NCBI GenBank assembly: GCA_051294375.1
Contig: CM119265.1
Coordinates: 26,223,876 to 26,287,875 of the forward strand
Direction: 5' to 3'
DNA length: 64,000 bases
DNA from: Paraspadella gotoi
Taxonomy: Eukaryota > Animalia > Chaetognatha
In this document: in pieces, positions 40,001-53,629 of the stretch
Numbering within the stretch: position 1 is the first letter of the stretch
Layout of the letters: each line of letters starts with the position of its first letter
Position numbers and translations under genes: made by a program
Notes under the pieces: model-generated
What the model was told of the DNA's origin: nothing
The model's database searches: none
Seen by the model: only the letters and a program-made list of their open reading frames with translations

Positions 40001-40957
40001 AGCAAAATAAATAGCCCCTTTTTTTTCCAGAAACGCCCCGATTTTATTCTTAAAATCGAAATGTAAGGTTAATTTTTTAGGTTAAAGATTACGGTTGGCG
40101 GATGTTAAGAATTAGGGATAATAAACAACAAGAAAATGGGTCGCTCGTGGGAAAAGACAGCCAAGCAGATTGAAAGGAACAGAAATTTCTGCGCTCTGGA
40201 GATATAGAGAGGACTAAAAAAAATGTATGTTTTTTTTTAGGGAAAAAAATATTGAAAGAAAAAAATCGGGAGGAAAAAATCTTGCGGAATAGCTTGTTTG
40301 AATCTTAAATTTCTGGTTTCTCGTGATTTGTCTTCTCCCCCGCGCTTCTGAGAGCATTTGATAAGAGATAATGGAAGGAGGGGAGAGAGAGAGAAGAGAA
40401 GAGAGAGAGAGAGAGAGGGAGAGCGAGAGAGAGAGAAGAGCCGGAGAGAGAGAGAGGGAAGAGAGAGAGATGAATAGACGATTAATCAAAGAAACAGCTT
40501 CGTATGATGCTAGTAATAGAAGAGGAAGAGAGAGAGAGATATGAGGAGAGAGAGGAGAGAGAGAAAGAGAGAGAGAAAATCGAGAGAAAAGAGAGAAGAA
40601 GAGAGAGAAATGAAAGAGAGAGAAAAGACGCCAGAAGAAGAGAGTAGAGAAGAGAAGAGGAGAGAGGAGAGAGAGGAGAGAGGTAAAGTGAGACTCGGGG
40701 TCCGGCCGCAGGAGGCGAAAAATTATCAAGCTGCTTTGGGCGAATAGAAAAAAAAAACGAGTGTGTGTTGGGCAATTTAAGAGAAAATGTGAAGGAAAGG
40801 GAATGAAAGTGGAGTTGAGGAAGCGCGTGAAAAATGAAGAATTAAAAAAGAATCACATCAAGAACACAACAGATTTCACGCTAAAAGAAAAGAAAGAAGT
40901 ACTAGTGTACAGAGAGAGAGAGAGAGCGAGAGAGAGAGAAGGAGAGGAGAGAGAGAG

Positions 40958-40992
<35 letters not shown>

Positions 40993-41528
40993 AGAGAGAG
41001 CGGGGACTTTTCCAAAAAATTCAAGGAGAAACCTTGATCCAAATTTATTGGGAAAAAGATGGTGAAGAAAGAAAAAGAAGAGAAACGAAGAAGACAAAAA
41101 TTTTTGCAAGATTAATCTTAACCCGATCATTTTATTTTCCTTCTTAGTGCTTACTGTTAAAATTGTCTTCTCCAGATGCTGAGCGTCTTGTTCTTCGCTA
41201 CAACGCAGCACTTGTCTTTTTAAGCTATTTTCTCTCTCGTCTCTTAGCTCTCTCTCTCGTCTCTCTTTGCTCCCGGCAGCTCTTTTCTCTCTTCTCTTCG
41301 TCTCTCTCCTATCCTCTCGTCTCTGTCTCTGTCTCTCGTCTCTCTCGTCTTTCCTCTTAAAAAATCTCCTATTTTCAATTTCTTCGCGACCGCATGGTGA
41401 TATGTTAGGCGAGAAGTATGAAAAAATTGACTCGGTTAAAGGAAGCGACAAGGAGAGAATAAGGGGATGAGAGAAGAAAAACAAGAAGAAAGTTGTAAAA
41501 GAGAGAGAGAGAGAGAGGAGAGAGAGAG

Positions 41529-41559
<31 letters not shown>

Positions 41560-41579
41560 CGATAAGAGAGAGATGAGAC

Positions 41580-41611
<32 letters not shown>

Positions 41612-41627
41612 CAGATGATGAGGAGAA

Positions 41628-41660
<33 letters not shown>

Positions 41661-42507
41661 AAAGAGTTAAAAACAAGTTTGAGCAAACAACGCAGCATCT
41701 GGACGAGGACATTTAACGGGAAGATCGGAGAAAAGAGAGGCGACGAGAGACGAGGGAGCGGGCGAGAGGAGAGGAGAAGAGGAGGGAAGGATGGAGGTAG
41801 AGGGAGAGAGAGAGAGGAGGAGAGAAAGAGAGAGAAGGGAAGAAGGGAGGAAAGAGAGATAGGAGAGGGAGGAGGAAGGAGAGGGGGAAAAGGGGAGGGG
41901 AGGGAAAGGAGAAGGGGAGAGAGAGAAGAAAAGGAACAGAAGAAGACGAAGGAGAAGGAATGGGAACAAGAAGGAAGGAGTAAAAGGAGAATGAGGAGAT
42001 GAAGATGAGGGAAGGGAAAGAGAGGGAGGGGGTGGTCCGAGGAGAGAGGAACACGGCACGAGGGCTGATGCGATGAGAGAAGGAGAGAGGAAGGGGGAGA
42101 GAAAGGAGAAAAGAGAGAGGAGGGGGGAAGAGGAGTAGGAGAGGAGGAGAGGAGACGACGGAGAGGAGAGAGAGTCGAGAGAGCGAGGAGAGAGGATGAG
42201 GGGGAGAGTGAGAGAGAGAGAGAGATTGAAACCCTGAGAGCAGAGAAAGCGAGCGCCGACCGAGGTGATGAGCGAGAAGGGGCAGAGAGAAAGAAAGATA
42301 AGAAGAAAGAAGAGAGAGGAGACGAAGAAAGACAAGAAAAAGCAAGAAAGAAAAAAAAGAAAGAAACCAAAAAATAAAAAAAGAGAAAGAAAGAAAAGAA
42401 AGACAAACAGACAGACAGAGAAGACGAAAGAAAGAATCAACCTTTTTTTTTCTAGAGTCCCTCACATAGGTTTGTCGTCTTTTATTTCTCGACTATTCGT
42501 CTCCTTT

Positions 42508-42574
<67 letters not shown>

Positions 42575-43157
42575 TACTCCTCCTACATATTGCTCTCACT
42601 CTCTCGCGTTTCTCCTCTCTCTCTCTCATACTTCTCTCTCTTTCTCTCTCTTCTCTCTCCTACTATTGCTCTCACTCTCTCGCGTTCTCTCATCTATCTC
42701 TCTCTCACACTTTCTTTCCTCTGCCCGCATAAGACACGTCCTGTCGGTCGGAAATTTCTCCCCGATTAGATAAACTCCTTCTTTCTCTTCGTTGCTTCTT
42801 TCTTTCTTTCTTTCTTTCTTTTCTTCTTTCTTCTTTCTTCTTTCATTTTTACTTTCTTCTTTCTTTACTTTCTTTCCGCTACTTTCTCTTTTTACTTCTA
42901 ACTTCTTCTTTCCTTTCTTCTTTTTTCTCTCTATATTCAATTTCTGTATTATCTCTTTCCTTTTCTTTGGTTTGAAAAAAAGCTAGAAATTTTAAGAAAA
43001 ACTAATTTGTTTGTTTAAGTTTTTATTCTGCCTTTTTCCCTGTTTTTCCCCAACGGTAATTTCATTTTTTCAAGAATGCTATGGCTCATGCTTCCTCCTT
43101 CTTCTCTCTCTCTCGTCTCTCTCTCTCTATCTCTTTCTCTCTCTCTCTCTCTCTCTC

Positions 43158-43195
<38 letters not shown>

Positions 43196-43650
43196 AACTT
43201 TCTTTTGTCTTTCTTCTCTCATCCCTTATCTCTCTGTCGCTTCCTTCTAACGAGTCAATTTTTTATACTTCCTGCTAACATATCACCATGCTCGGAAGAA
43301 ATTGAAAATAGGAGATTTTAAGAGGAGAGAGACGAGAGAGACGAGAGACAGAGAGAGAGACGAGAGGAGAGGAGAGGAGAGAGAGAGAAGAGGAAGAGAG
43401 ACGAGAGAGAGAAAGAGACGAGAGAGAAAAAGGAGTTAAAAAACAACGCTGTTGAGCAAAACAACGGCACAGCATCTGGACGAGGACTATTTAACAAGTA
43501 AGCACTAAGAAGGAAAATAAAAAAATGATCGGGTTAAGATTAATCTTGCAAAAATTTTTTCCTTCTTCGTTTCTCTTCTTTTTCTTCTTCACCATCTTTT
43601 TACATAAATTTGACTCAAGGTTTTTTCCCTTGAATTTTTTGGAAAAAGTC

Positions 43651-43735
<85 letters not shown>

Positions 43736-44490
43736 CACTAGCTATCTTCTTTTTCTTTAGAGTGAAAATCTTTTGTTCTTGATTGTTATTCTTTTTTAAT
43801 TCTCATTTTCAGCGCCTTACCTACTCCGACTTCTCATTCCCTTTCCTTCACAATTTCTCTTAAATTCCCAAACACACTCGTTTTTTTTTTCTTCGCCCAA
43901 GCAGCTTGATATTTTCCTCCCGAGCGGACCCCGAGTATTACCTTCTACAATCTCACCTCTCTATAACATCTCTTCTCTCTCTTCTCTCTCTCTCCTCTCN
44001 NNNNNNNNNNNNNNNNNNNNNNNNTCTCTCTCTCTCTCTCTCCCCTCCCTTTCATTATTTTCTTTCAAGCTCTCAGAACCGCGGGAGAAGACAAGAGAAC
44101 GAAATTAAGAATAAAAAGCTTCCGAAGATTTTTTCCCATTTTTTTTTTCAATATTTTTTTCCCTAAAAAATACATTTTTTTTCAGCTCTCTATTCCCAGA
44201 GCGCCAAATTTCTGTTCCTTTAATCTGTTGGCTGTCTTTTCCCAGAGCGACCCATTTCTGTTGTTTTATCCCTAATCTTAACATCCGACCTAATCTTTAA
44301 CCTAAAAAATTAACCTAATTTCGATTTTAAGATAAAATCGGGCGTTCTGGAAAAAAAGGGGCTATTTATTTTGCTTTGGAAAGTTTTCTTTTTCTTTTGC
44401 GATTTTCACTTTTTTTGGTTTTAAGGAAAGAGCACCGAGTTTTCCTTAGAGAGACATTGCGTCTTTACAACTCGACTTATGCGGGGATGA

Positions 44491-44549
<59 letters not shown>

Positions 44550-45889
44550 AGAGAAAAAAAAAGTAAAAACATTTAAAGAGAGAGAAAGGGGTCAGAATCA
44601 ATGGGGGAAAAGAGCGAGAGAGAGACACTGACATAAACTGAGAAAGAGAAAAAAGAAAAAGGAAGATTAGCGCTATTTTTTTTCTTCTTTGGCTAATTTT
44701 CCAACTCGATTTTCCTTCTTTCCTCTTTGTTTTGGTTTTTATTGTGGTCCGTCCGTCTGTCCGTCTGTCCATCCGTTCATCTTTATTTCATTTTCTTTTT
44801 TTCCATTATTCATCTTTCTATCCATAATACGTGGGTCCAACTTGTCCGCTTCATTATCCGTCTGTCCGTTTGTCCTTTCGTTCGTCTCTCTCTTCCTTTG
44901 TCGGTATATATCAATCGGAACTTCAATCCTCTAGTCTGTTCGTCCGTCCGTCCGTCCGTCCGTCCGTTCGTCCGACCAACTATTATTCCATCCGTTTTCC
45001 TAAATATAATTAACAATTTTGGAAAGATAAAAAATATCGCTACCTAAGGTGAAAAATGGCCAAAAAAATCTCACCTCTCTTTGGTTCATAAAAGTACAAT
45101 TGTAGCTCTCAGAAAAGAGGGAACGTCAGCGTCGGGGCTGAAAAGAATTGCGTTATAAGTCATACCGTCATCCCACAATGAAAGCATGCCCAGACGAATT
45201 AAGATGCCGAGAGAGGGCATACCAAATATTAAGCATGTTTTACTTATGTTTTGTATATTTTTTATTCAATAAATGAACTCTTTAACAACTATGCGATATA
45301 ATTTTCGCCTAGATGGTACATGTACATTACAATATTTTCAATAAAATTAATTAGAAGAGTTTGAAATTATTAAAATATTAAAATTAAAATTAAATTTTCT
45401 TTAAAATCATGTCAAAACATGAAATATCCTAACTTTCATACAGCAGATTATTGAATAAAACTTTCTCAATGGTTTAATCTTTTTTCTTTTTTATTTCTTA
45501 TTTTTTTATCTAGACTTATTTTTCCCCCAACATCTTTTCTCTTTCTCGTCTTCTGGTTCTAAGTGTTTCTATTGTCTTTTTATCTTTTCCCTCATTTGAC
45601 CTTCCCTCTTCTCTTTGGAGGCCTTCGCTTCATGGACATTACCATTTCCGTCTTTTACTTTCTTTTTCTTTCTTTCTTTGTCGACCCTTTCCTTCTGATT
45701 CGTTGTCTTTATCTTTTTTTTTCTCTGTTTCCTCAGTTTTATTTGACTTTTCTTTCCACTCGGGCGAAGTCGATTCTCTCTTTGTCTCCCTTTACTTTTT
45801 ATGGGAATTTACCATTTGGTTTGGTCAGACTTTCTTTCTTTTTTTCTTTGCTTTCTTTCTTTGCTTTCTTTCTTTGCTTTCTTTCTTTG

Positions 45890-45971
<82 letters not shown>

Positions 45972-46481
45972 ATGTTTTCTTTCTTTCTTTCTATGCCTTC
46001 TTTTTAAATTTTAGATTACTTCATTACTAAAATTATGCTTGTTTTAATATTTTTCAATTCATAGTAATTCCTTTTTTATTCTTTCTCCCCACGATGCACC
46101 AATTGTATTAATTTCTCTCAAGATTCTGGTTTTATTCTTTATTTCTTTTTTTCCTATTTTCTTCCAGCTAATTCACTCTCTCTTTAAGCGCCCTCTATCT
46201 GTCTGTCTGTCTGTCTGTTCTCATCTCTCTCTTTCTTCTCCTCTTTTCTCCTCTCTCTCTCTCCTTCTCTCTCTCTCTTCTCTCTTCTCCTTCTCTCTCT
46301 CTCATCTCTCATCTCTTCTTTCTCTCTATCTCTCTCTCTCTCTCCCATCGATCTTTCTCCCTTTATCTCATTAGTTTTTTCTCCACAGAGAGAACAGACA
46401 AGTCACGAAAGTCGATTATTGTTCTGAGCTTAAACGCGAATTGAACGTCAGCGAGGGCAAAGACAAGAGGAACGAAGAGAG

Positions 46482-46514
<33 letters not shown>

Positions 46515-46917
46515 ATTATATTCAGCCTGACTTTGATAATCTGTGAGTCCGAGGATGTGAACTTTGCCTGTGACTGGTGTGTCATTTCTGTTAAATTTGA
46601 TCTAGGTGAGAGTGAAAACTGTTTTTAAGAAATTAGAACAACAAACACTATTAATATTATCTTTAATTACTTTAAAATTACTACCATTTCTTTAAAAAAC
46701 TATGTAAGCTACCGTATCAGATCCACTGATTTTTCGAAAGGATATTCCTTTTCTTTTCTTTTCTTTTCTTTTCTTTTCTTTTCTTTTCTTTTCCTTTCTT
46801 TTCTTTTCTTTTCTTTTCCTTTCCTTTCTTTTTTTATTTTTTCCTTCTTTTCCTTCCTTCCTTCCTTCTTTTTATCTTCCCTTCGACACGGAAAAGACTC
46901 GATACGCGAGATTCTCA

Positions 46918-46971
<54 letters not shown>

Positions 46972-47150
46972 TCGTCATCGTCATCATTGTCGCTTTTAAC
47001 TTGTCATCGTCTTCGTCTTCATCGTTGTCATTTAGGAATTCAGTTTTGTCATCATAAAAATCAATGTCACCGTGACTTTTATCATCAAAATTTTTCTATG
47101 TCAGTCTGTTTCAAAGGCGACACCACTATTGTTATTTTCTTCGTTCTATC
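37050..47150. repeat. ~10-kb imperfect inverted duplication (arm ~37050-41550 vs arm ~43100-47150); probable long-read fold-back or gap-fill artefact
   Basis: 37081 gtgccttgaaaacagactgaacatagaaatttt is the reverse complement of ~47088-47122; 41100-41480 mirrors 43180-43570. Indel-dominated differences and a low-complexity centre at 41730-42480. Confidence 0.9.
44229..44364. mobile_element. MITE-like element of the TIR/telomere-like family (inverted artefact copy at 40013-40163)
   Basis: ggctgtcttttcccagagcgaccc ... gggcgttctggaaaaaaaggggct TIRs; interior ccctaa/acctaa motifs. Confidence 0.7.
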
Positions 47151-48557
47151 GACATTAAAGCTTTTCATTTCTTTATAATGTCTTTTCGTCCCTTTGATCA
47201 CGTCGTCGTCGTCGTCGTCGCCATCGTCGCCGTCGTCATCATCGTCGTCGTCGTCTTTTAAGCTTTGTCTTGGGTGAATCCACTTTAAAATCCCGAGGAA
47301 GCCCCTTCGTGTCAGGATCGATATGAGCGAGCTTTGGGGGGGGAGTAGGGGGCGAGAGGATAAATTAATGTGGTGGTTGCTCCTGTGGGTTAGCAGGACA
47401 TTGCTTCAGCGACCAGTTGCTACAGTTTCTACAGTTGCTACAGCTGGTGATAATTTACAAACTAAAAGTTTAAAACTTTTTAACTAAAAAAAAAAGAAGC
47501 AAAGGTGGGGATCAACTCTTTCTCGAGCCTCGTTCCGCATTAAATGGCCTTTGGCGTCTGGAAAGGAAACGGGCGGAGAAGTGGGAACAGTCCAGGATCA
47601 GGCAAGGATCAGGCAAGGATCATTCGAGTATGAGGCCGGAATCAGGCCGGCATCAGACGAGAATCAGGCCAAATTTGGATCTTATTTCGACGTCTGTGAA
47701 CGACTTTGATCACGTGATTTTTCCTCATGATGTTTTTAATTTTCATCCTTAAATTACCTCTTTTCACTGTCGGCTGTNNNNNNNNNNNNNNNNNNNNNNN
47801 NNNNAAAAAAAAGAGAGAGATGCTTCAACGACATTTATGAGGTTCGAGAGAACATGTCGTAATCAATCACATCGTTCGTTGTTTGTTCGTTCATTCTTGG
47901 TTTCCTTCGTCTTCGTTCGTTCCTTCGTTCGTTCCTTCGTTCGTCCCTTTCTGTCGTTGTCTTTCCTTTTTTCCTTTCCTTCATACGAACGAACGAACGA
48001 ACGATGGATGATTGATTACGACATGGTTCTTCTTCGAACTCATAAATTCGTTGAAGCAAAAAATGGAAGATAAAGGATTCGATTGTTTGACCTTCTTAAC
48101 TTTTTCCTTTTCTCCATTCCCTCTTTTCTTCCTTCCTTATCTCCTTTCTTCCTTTTCCCCCTTCCTTCTATCTTCCTTCCTCTCTTCCTCCACTCTTTTT
48201 TCCTTTTCTCACTTCCTCNNNNNNNNNNNNNNNNNNNNNNNNNNNNNNNNNNNNNNNNNNNNNNNNNNNNNNNNNNNNNNNNNNNNNNNNNNNNNNNNNN
48301 NNNNNNNNNNNNNNNNNNNNNNNNNNNNNNNNNNNNNNNNNNNNNNNNNNNNNNNNNNNNNNNNNNNNNNNNNNNNNNNNNNNNNNNNNNNNNNNNNNNN
48401 NNNNNNNNNNNNNNNNNNNNNNNNNNNNNTTCTAACTTTCCTCCCTTCCTCCTTTTCCTCTCCTCTTTCTTCCTTCCATTCTCCTTCCTCCCTCCTTCCC
48501 TTCCGTTCCTCCCTTCTTTTCTTTCTCCCTTCCCCCCCCCCTTTCCTCCCCTCCCAG

Positions 48558-48790
48558 CTCGTCGCCGCCATCGGGGATTCCCTCACCGCGGGCAACGGCG
48601 CTCTGGCCAAAACGGCTTTCGGTCTCCTCATCGAATACAGAGGGCGTTCGTGGTCGATGGGCGGCGACGGGGGGGGACGAGGCTGGGAAGACGAGGACGT
48701 CGTGACTTTTCCCAATTTGTTGCGTCACTTTCGAGGGGATTTGGTCGGGGATTCGATTTATAGAGGGAAGCACGATTCGGAATACGCCAG
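48558..48790 (+). CDS. PLB1: Phospholipase B1-like SGNH/GDSL lipase exon (block I GDSL, catalytic Ser)
   Basis: Acceptor ctcccag|; LVAAIGDSLTAGNGALAKTAFGLLIEYRGRSWSMGGDG...VTFPNLLRHF...YA; donor AG|GTGAGT. The GDSLTAGNGA..YRG.SWS.GGD..T.PN.L pattern is characteristic of the PLB1 family. Confidence 0.92.
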
Positions 48791-49449
48791 GTGAGTGAGA
48801 GGGAGAGAGAGGAGCGAGGATGCAATGTATGTGGAAATGTATGTATGTATGTACGGCATGATTTGATGCGTGTGAAATGTGACTTTGAAAAACATTTTGA
48901 TGTATGGAAGTTAAATGAAATTGGTACAACCAATATAAAAATTATCCATTCATTAAATAAATAAGCTATCTTGTCCCTGACTTTGGACAGGCTTTGGTGG
49001 TTTAAGGCCTCCATCACACTTACAAGATAATAACATAGCAGGTTTCTGCAAGCTTTCAATCAAGACTCTCTCACAGTCTTATTTATTCACATTATAATAT
49101 TTCAAAGAATGTTTCAATTGTATGAAAAGAATACTACTTGAAATAAGACATGGGAAACGTTAAATGAGACTGATAAATTAAATTAAAAATGTTATACTAA
49201 TTTAATTTAGTATATTTTTTATTTATTATTTAGTGAAATATTACTAAAAATGTTCGAGATAAACCGTCTTGAAATGTAAAATATCTATAATGTAAATTAT
49301 GGAGCCAGAGAGTATTTGGTCAATTATACGACTTTAATAACGTTCAAAACAAAATGACACTAAACTAAATAATTCTCATATATATTTACTATTTTACTAA
49401 TATATGATAACTATTTAGTATCGCGAGAAAAATAATTTGTGCTCATTGA

Positions 49450-49510
49450 ATCATTTGCGTCAATCATCTGCGTCAATCATCTGCGTCAATCATCTGCGTC
49501 AATCACTGCA
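49450..49510. repeat. 13-bp tandem repeat (aatcatctgcgtc)x4
   Basis: Directly visible; also present in the duplicate at ~53085-53140. Confidence 0.9.
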
Positions 49511-49922
49511 ATGGCAACGACATGAAACCGACATTACAAAAGACTTTAAATGACGCGCCACGTCAAACGTCACGTCACAAAAACGCCAGAATGTGACGCG
49601 ACGCCAACTGACCGAGAAGATTATTGGCGACGGTTCGGACAGGAATCACGGAGAGAGGGAAGGAGGGAAAGGGAGGAAGCGAGGGGGAGAGGAAGAAGAG
49701 AGGGAGGGAATAGAGAGGAGGAGGGGAAGGGGAGGGGAAGAGGGGTCGTGGGAAGGGAGGACTGTGTCGATAATCGGGGAATTTCTAGTGGGGAAATTTG
49801 ATCCCCACTCGACCTACTTTTTGGAAGGAGATAAGGAATACACTTGGGGACGAAGCGTTGATTTTCTGGAGATCCTCTCTCTCTCTCTCTCTCTCTCCTC
49901 TCCTCTCTCTCTCTCTCTCTCT

Positions 49923-49964
<42 letters not shown>

Positions 49965-50561
49965 TTCTCTATCATTATTGGTTTCCCTAAGGGATTACGA
50001 AAGAGAGTGGACGACATTAACCTCTCAATTCAGGAAGAAAGGATCAATGTGTTGAGTTATTGTTCCAACCAGCCATCCAACCAGCCAAACATCCAACCAA
50101 TCAAACAACAAGGCCTACAAACCAATTAGGAAATCTATTTAACAACCTAATTAGTAACCAACTTATCGACCAACAATCAATCAATCAATGAACAATTAGA
50201 ACTCAACCAACTCACCAAAGTGAATTAGTCTCTCATTGAATATCAAGTGTGAAAGATAAAAAGAAACGTGAAGACATTTTGTCCTCCATTGACTTTCGTC
50301 TGGTGAGAAGATGGCGAGAAATATTTTATATGACCATTAGATTATATGGTCTCCAGTTGACGGCGAGAGATTATTCTAGAGCCGAGGGGCAATTCATAAT
50401 TCATAGGCGAATATTGTCTCGCTTCTCCGCCAGTGAGAACTCAAAGTTGTGGTCAAATCTTTTCTCGCTCGACAGCAATGGAACGGGCCCTGGGCTTGGA
50501 ACCAGGCTTGGCGGGGTTTTCCACGCCCCCCCCAAGGCGGTTTACGGTTGTCCTTTCGCTT

Positions 50562-50592
<31 letters not shown>

Positions 50593-50858
50593 CCTTTCGC
50601 TTTCACCTTTCGCTTTCACTTTCACTTTCCTTTCGCTTTCACCTTTCGTGCACGATCCCGTTGCCTGATGGTCGATGGTCACGAGATGATGGTATTACTC
50701 AACCTGGGCAATGACAGATAGTTAAGTTTACCATTATTTTGTTTTCTTATAGTACAAAAAATAACGCGCATATCCTTATTTTATCGTTTTTATATTGCCT
50801 TTTTTTAAAATTCCACAAATTCCTCCCAACCCTATCGGTATTCCCCTCCTTTCTCCAG

Positions 50859-51033
50859 ATACAACCACGCCATCCCGGGCAGCACCGCCCACGATCTGCC
50901 GTCCCAAGCTCGCGCCCTCGTCTCTCACCTCAAATCCGATTCGACGATCGACTTCGACAAAGATTGGAAGGTGGTGACCGTCTTCGTCGGAGGCAACGAT
51001 CTCTGCGATTATCACATGAAGCCCGGACTCTAA
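50859..51033 (+). CDS. PLB1: PLB1-like exon (SGNH blocks II-III), ending in an in-frame TAA in this copy
   Basis: Acceptor tctccag|, phase matches the previous exon; YNHAIPGSTAHDLPSQARALVSHLKSDSTIDFDKDWKVVTVFVGGNDLCDYHMKPGL*. Confidence 0.88.
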
Positions 51034-51467
51034 GTGAGGCGGTGCCGGCTGGAGGGGAATTTGTGAGGTTGTGGTGTTGTGGGGTGAGTGGAATCTGTGA
51101 ATAAGGATGACCGAGAGGGTGAGAAGAACAGGCCTTGTTGGAATTGTGGGTTGTCTTGGTTGGGGAGTTTTTCGTTGGAGTATCACCATGATGACGTTGA
51201 TGATGATAACGATGATGATAATCATGGTGATTATGATGATGATATAAGTTATGGGGATGATGATGGTAATGATGATTATAATGCCCATGACGATCATGAT
51301 GACGATGTTGAACACGAGTATTTTGAAAACGACGACGACGACGATGATGATGATGATGATGATTATTAACGATGATTATATAAAATCTCATGCCGATAAC
51401 AATACTAATCCTGATGATAATGATAATGATGACGATGGTGACATTGATCATGATTATCCGTTGGACG

Positions 51468-51503
<36 letters not shown>

Positions 51504-52429
51504 NNNNNNNNNNNNNNNNNNNNNNNNNNNNNNNNNNNNNNNNNNNNNNNNNNNNNNNNNNNNNNNNNNNNNNNNNNNNNNNNNNNNNNNNNNNNNNNNN
51601 NNNNNNNNNNNNNNNNNNNNNNNNNNNNNNNNNNNNNNNNNNNNNNNNNNNNNNNNNNNNNNNNNNNNNNNNNNNNNNNNNNNNNNNNNNNNNNNNNNNN
51701 NNNNNNNNNNNNNNNNNNNNNNNNNNNNNNNNNNNNNNNNNNNNNNNNNNNNNNNNNNNNNNNNNNNNNNNNNNNNNNNNNNNNNNNNNNNNNNNNNNNN
51801 NNNNNNNNNNNNNNNNNNNNNNNNNNNNNNNNNNNNNNNNNNNNNNNNNNNNNNNNNNNNNNNNNNNNNNNNNNNNNNNNNNNNNNNNNNNNNNNNNNNN
51901 NNNNNNNNNNNNNNNNNNNNNNNNNNNNNNNNNNNNNNNNNNNNNNNNNNNNNNNNNNNNNNNNNNNNNNNNNNNNNNNNNNNNNNNNNNNNNNNNNNNN
52001 NNNNNNNNNNNNNNNNNNNNNNNNNNNNNNNNNNNNNNNNNNNNNNNNNNNNNNNNNNNNNNNNNNNNNNNNNNNNNNNNNNNNNNNNNNNNNNNNNNNN
52101 NNNNNNNNNNNNNNNNNNNNNNNNNNNNNNNNNNNNNNNNNNNNNNNNNNNNNNNNNNNNNNNNNNNNNNNNNNNNNNNNNNNNNNNNNNNNNNNNNNNN
52201 NNNNNNNNNNNNNNNNNNNNNNNNNNNNNNNNNNNNNNNNNNNNNNNNNNNNNNNNNNNNNNNNNNNNNNNNNNNNNNNNNNNNNNNNNNNNNNNNNNNN
52301 NNNNNNNNNNNNNNNNNNNNNNNNNNNNNNNNNNNNNNNNNNNNNNNNACAGGGGGCGCGCGGGTTTTGGGTCTTGGCGGTATGTCGGTACGTCAGTCTG
52401 TCTGTTTAATTGTTTGTCTGTATTTCTGT

Positions 52430-53587
52430 CTGTATGTCTGTAAGGTGAAATTGACCTTTGAAAAAACATTTTTGATGTTATGGGAATAAAATGAAATTGT
52501 TACAACCAATCATAACAAATTATCCATTCATTTAAAAAATAAAGGCTATCGTCCCTGACTTTGACAGGCTTGGTGGTAAGGCTCCATCACACTGTACAGA
52601 TAATAACCCAAGCAGCGTTCTGGCAAGCGTTCCAATCGAACGACCTGCCTCTCCCCCCCCCCCACCCGAAGTTCTTCTTTAATTTATTCCACATCGCTAT
52701 AATATTTTCAAAAGAATGTTCAATTGTATGGAAAAAGAATACTTACTTGAAATAAGACCATGGGAAACGTTTAAATGAGACTTGATAAATTAATTAAAAA
52801 TGTTATTACAATTTACATTTTGAGTACACCTTTTTTATTTATTATTTAAGTGCAAATATTACTAAAAAGTTCGAGAATAAACCGTCTTGCAATGCTAAAA
52901 GTCATCTTATAATGGTAAATCTATGGACCAGAGCAGTACTTTGGTCAGATTTTATACGACTTTAATAACGTTGCCAAACAAAATGACACTAACTAAAAAT
53001 TCTCATCGACTAATTTACTATGTTTCACCTAATATATTGATAAACTATTTAGCTATCGCGAGACAAAATAATTTGTGCTCATTGAATCATTTTGCGTCAA
53101 TATCTGCGTCAATCATCTGCGTCAATCATCTGCGTCAATCACTGCAATGGCAACGACATGAAGAACCGACATTACAAAAGACTTTAAAGACGCGCCACGG
53201 TCCAAAAACGTCACGTCACAAAAACGCCGAGAATGTGATCGCCGACGCCAACTGACCGAGAAGATTATTGGCGCGCACGGTTCGACAGGAATCACGGAGA
53301 GAGCGGAAGGAGGGAAAGGGCAGGAAGGCGCAGGGAGAGGAAGAAGAGAGGGAGGATAGAGAGCTGAGCGAGGCGGCAAGGGGAGGGGAAGAGGGCGTCG
53401 TGGGAAGGCCGCAGGACTGTGCGATAATCGGCGGAATTTCTTAGTGGGGAAAAATTTGATCCCCACTCGACCTACTTTTTGGAAAGAGCATAAGGAATAA
53501 CACATTGGGGGACGAAAGCTGTTTGATTTTCTGGAGATCCTCTCTCTCTCTCTCTCTCTCTCCTCTCCTCTCTCTCTCTCTCTCTCT

Positions 53588-53629
<42 letters not shown>

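Noticed and set aside
36340-46030. Many long ER/SL/FFLS-rich ORFs (e.g. 41405-42406, 40876-41712)
   Set aside because: Translations of (GA)n, (CT)n and (AAAG)n microsatellites, largely within artefactual sequence.
51251-52489. 300-400 aa ORFs
   Set aside because: They run through an N gap (poly-X).
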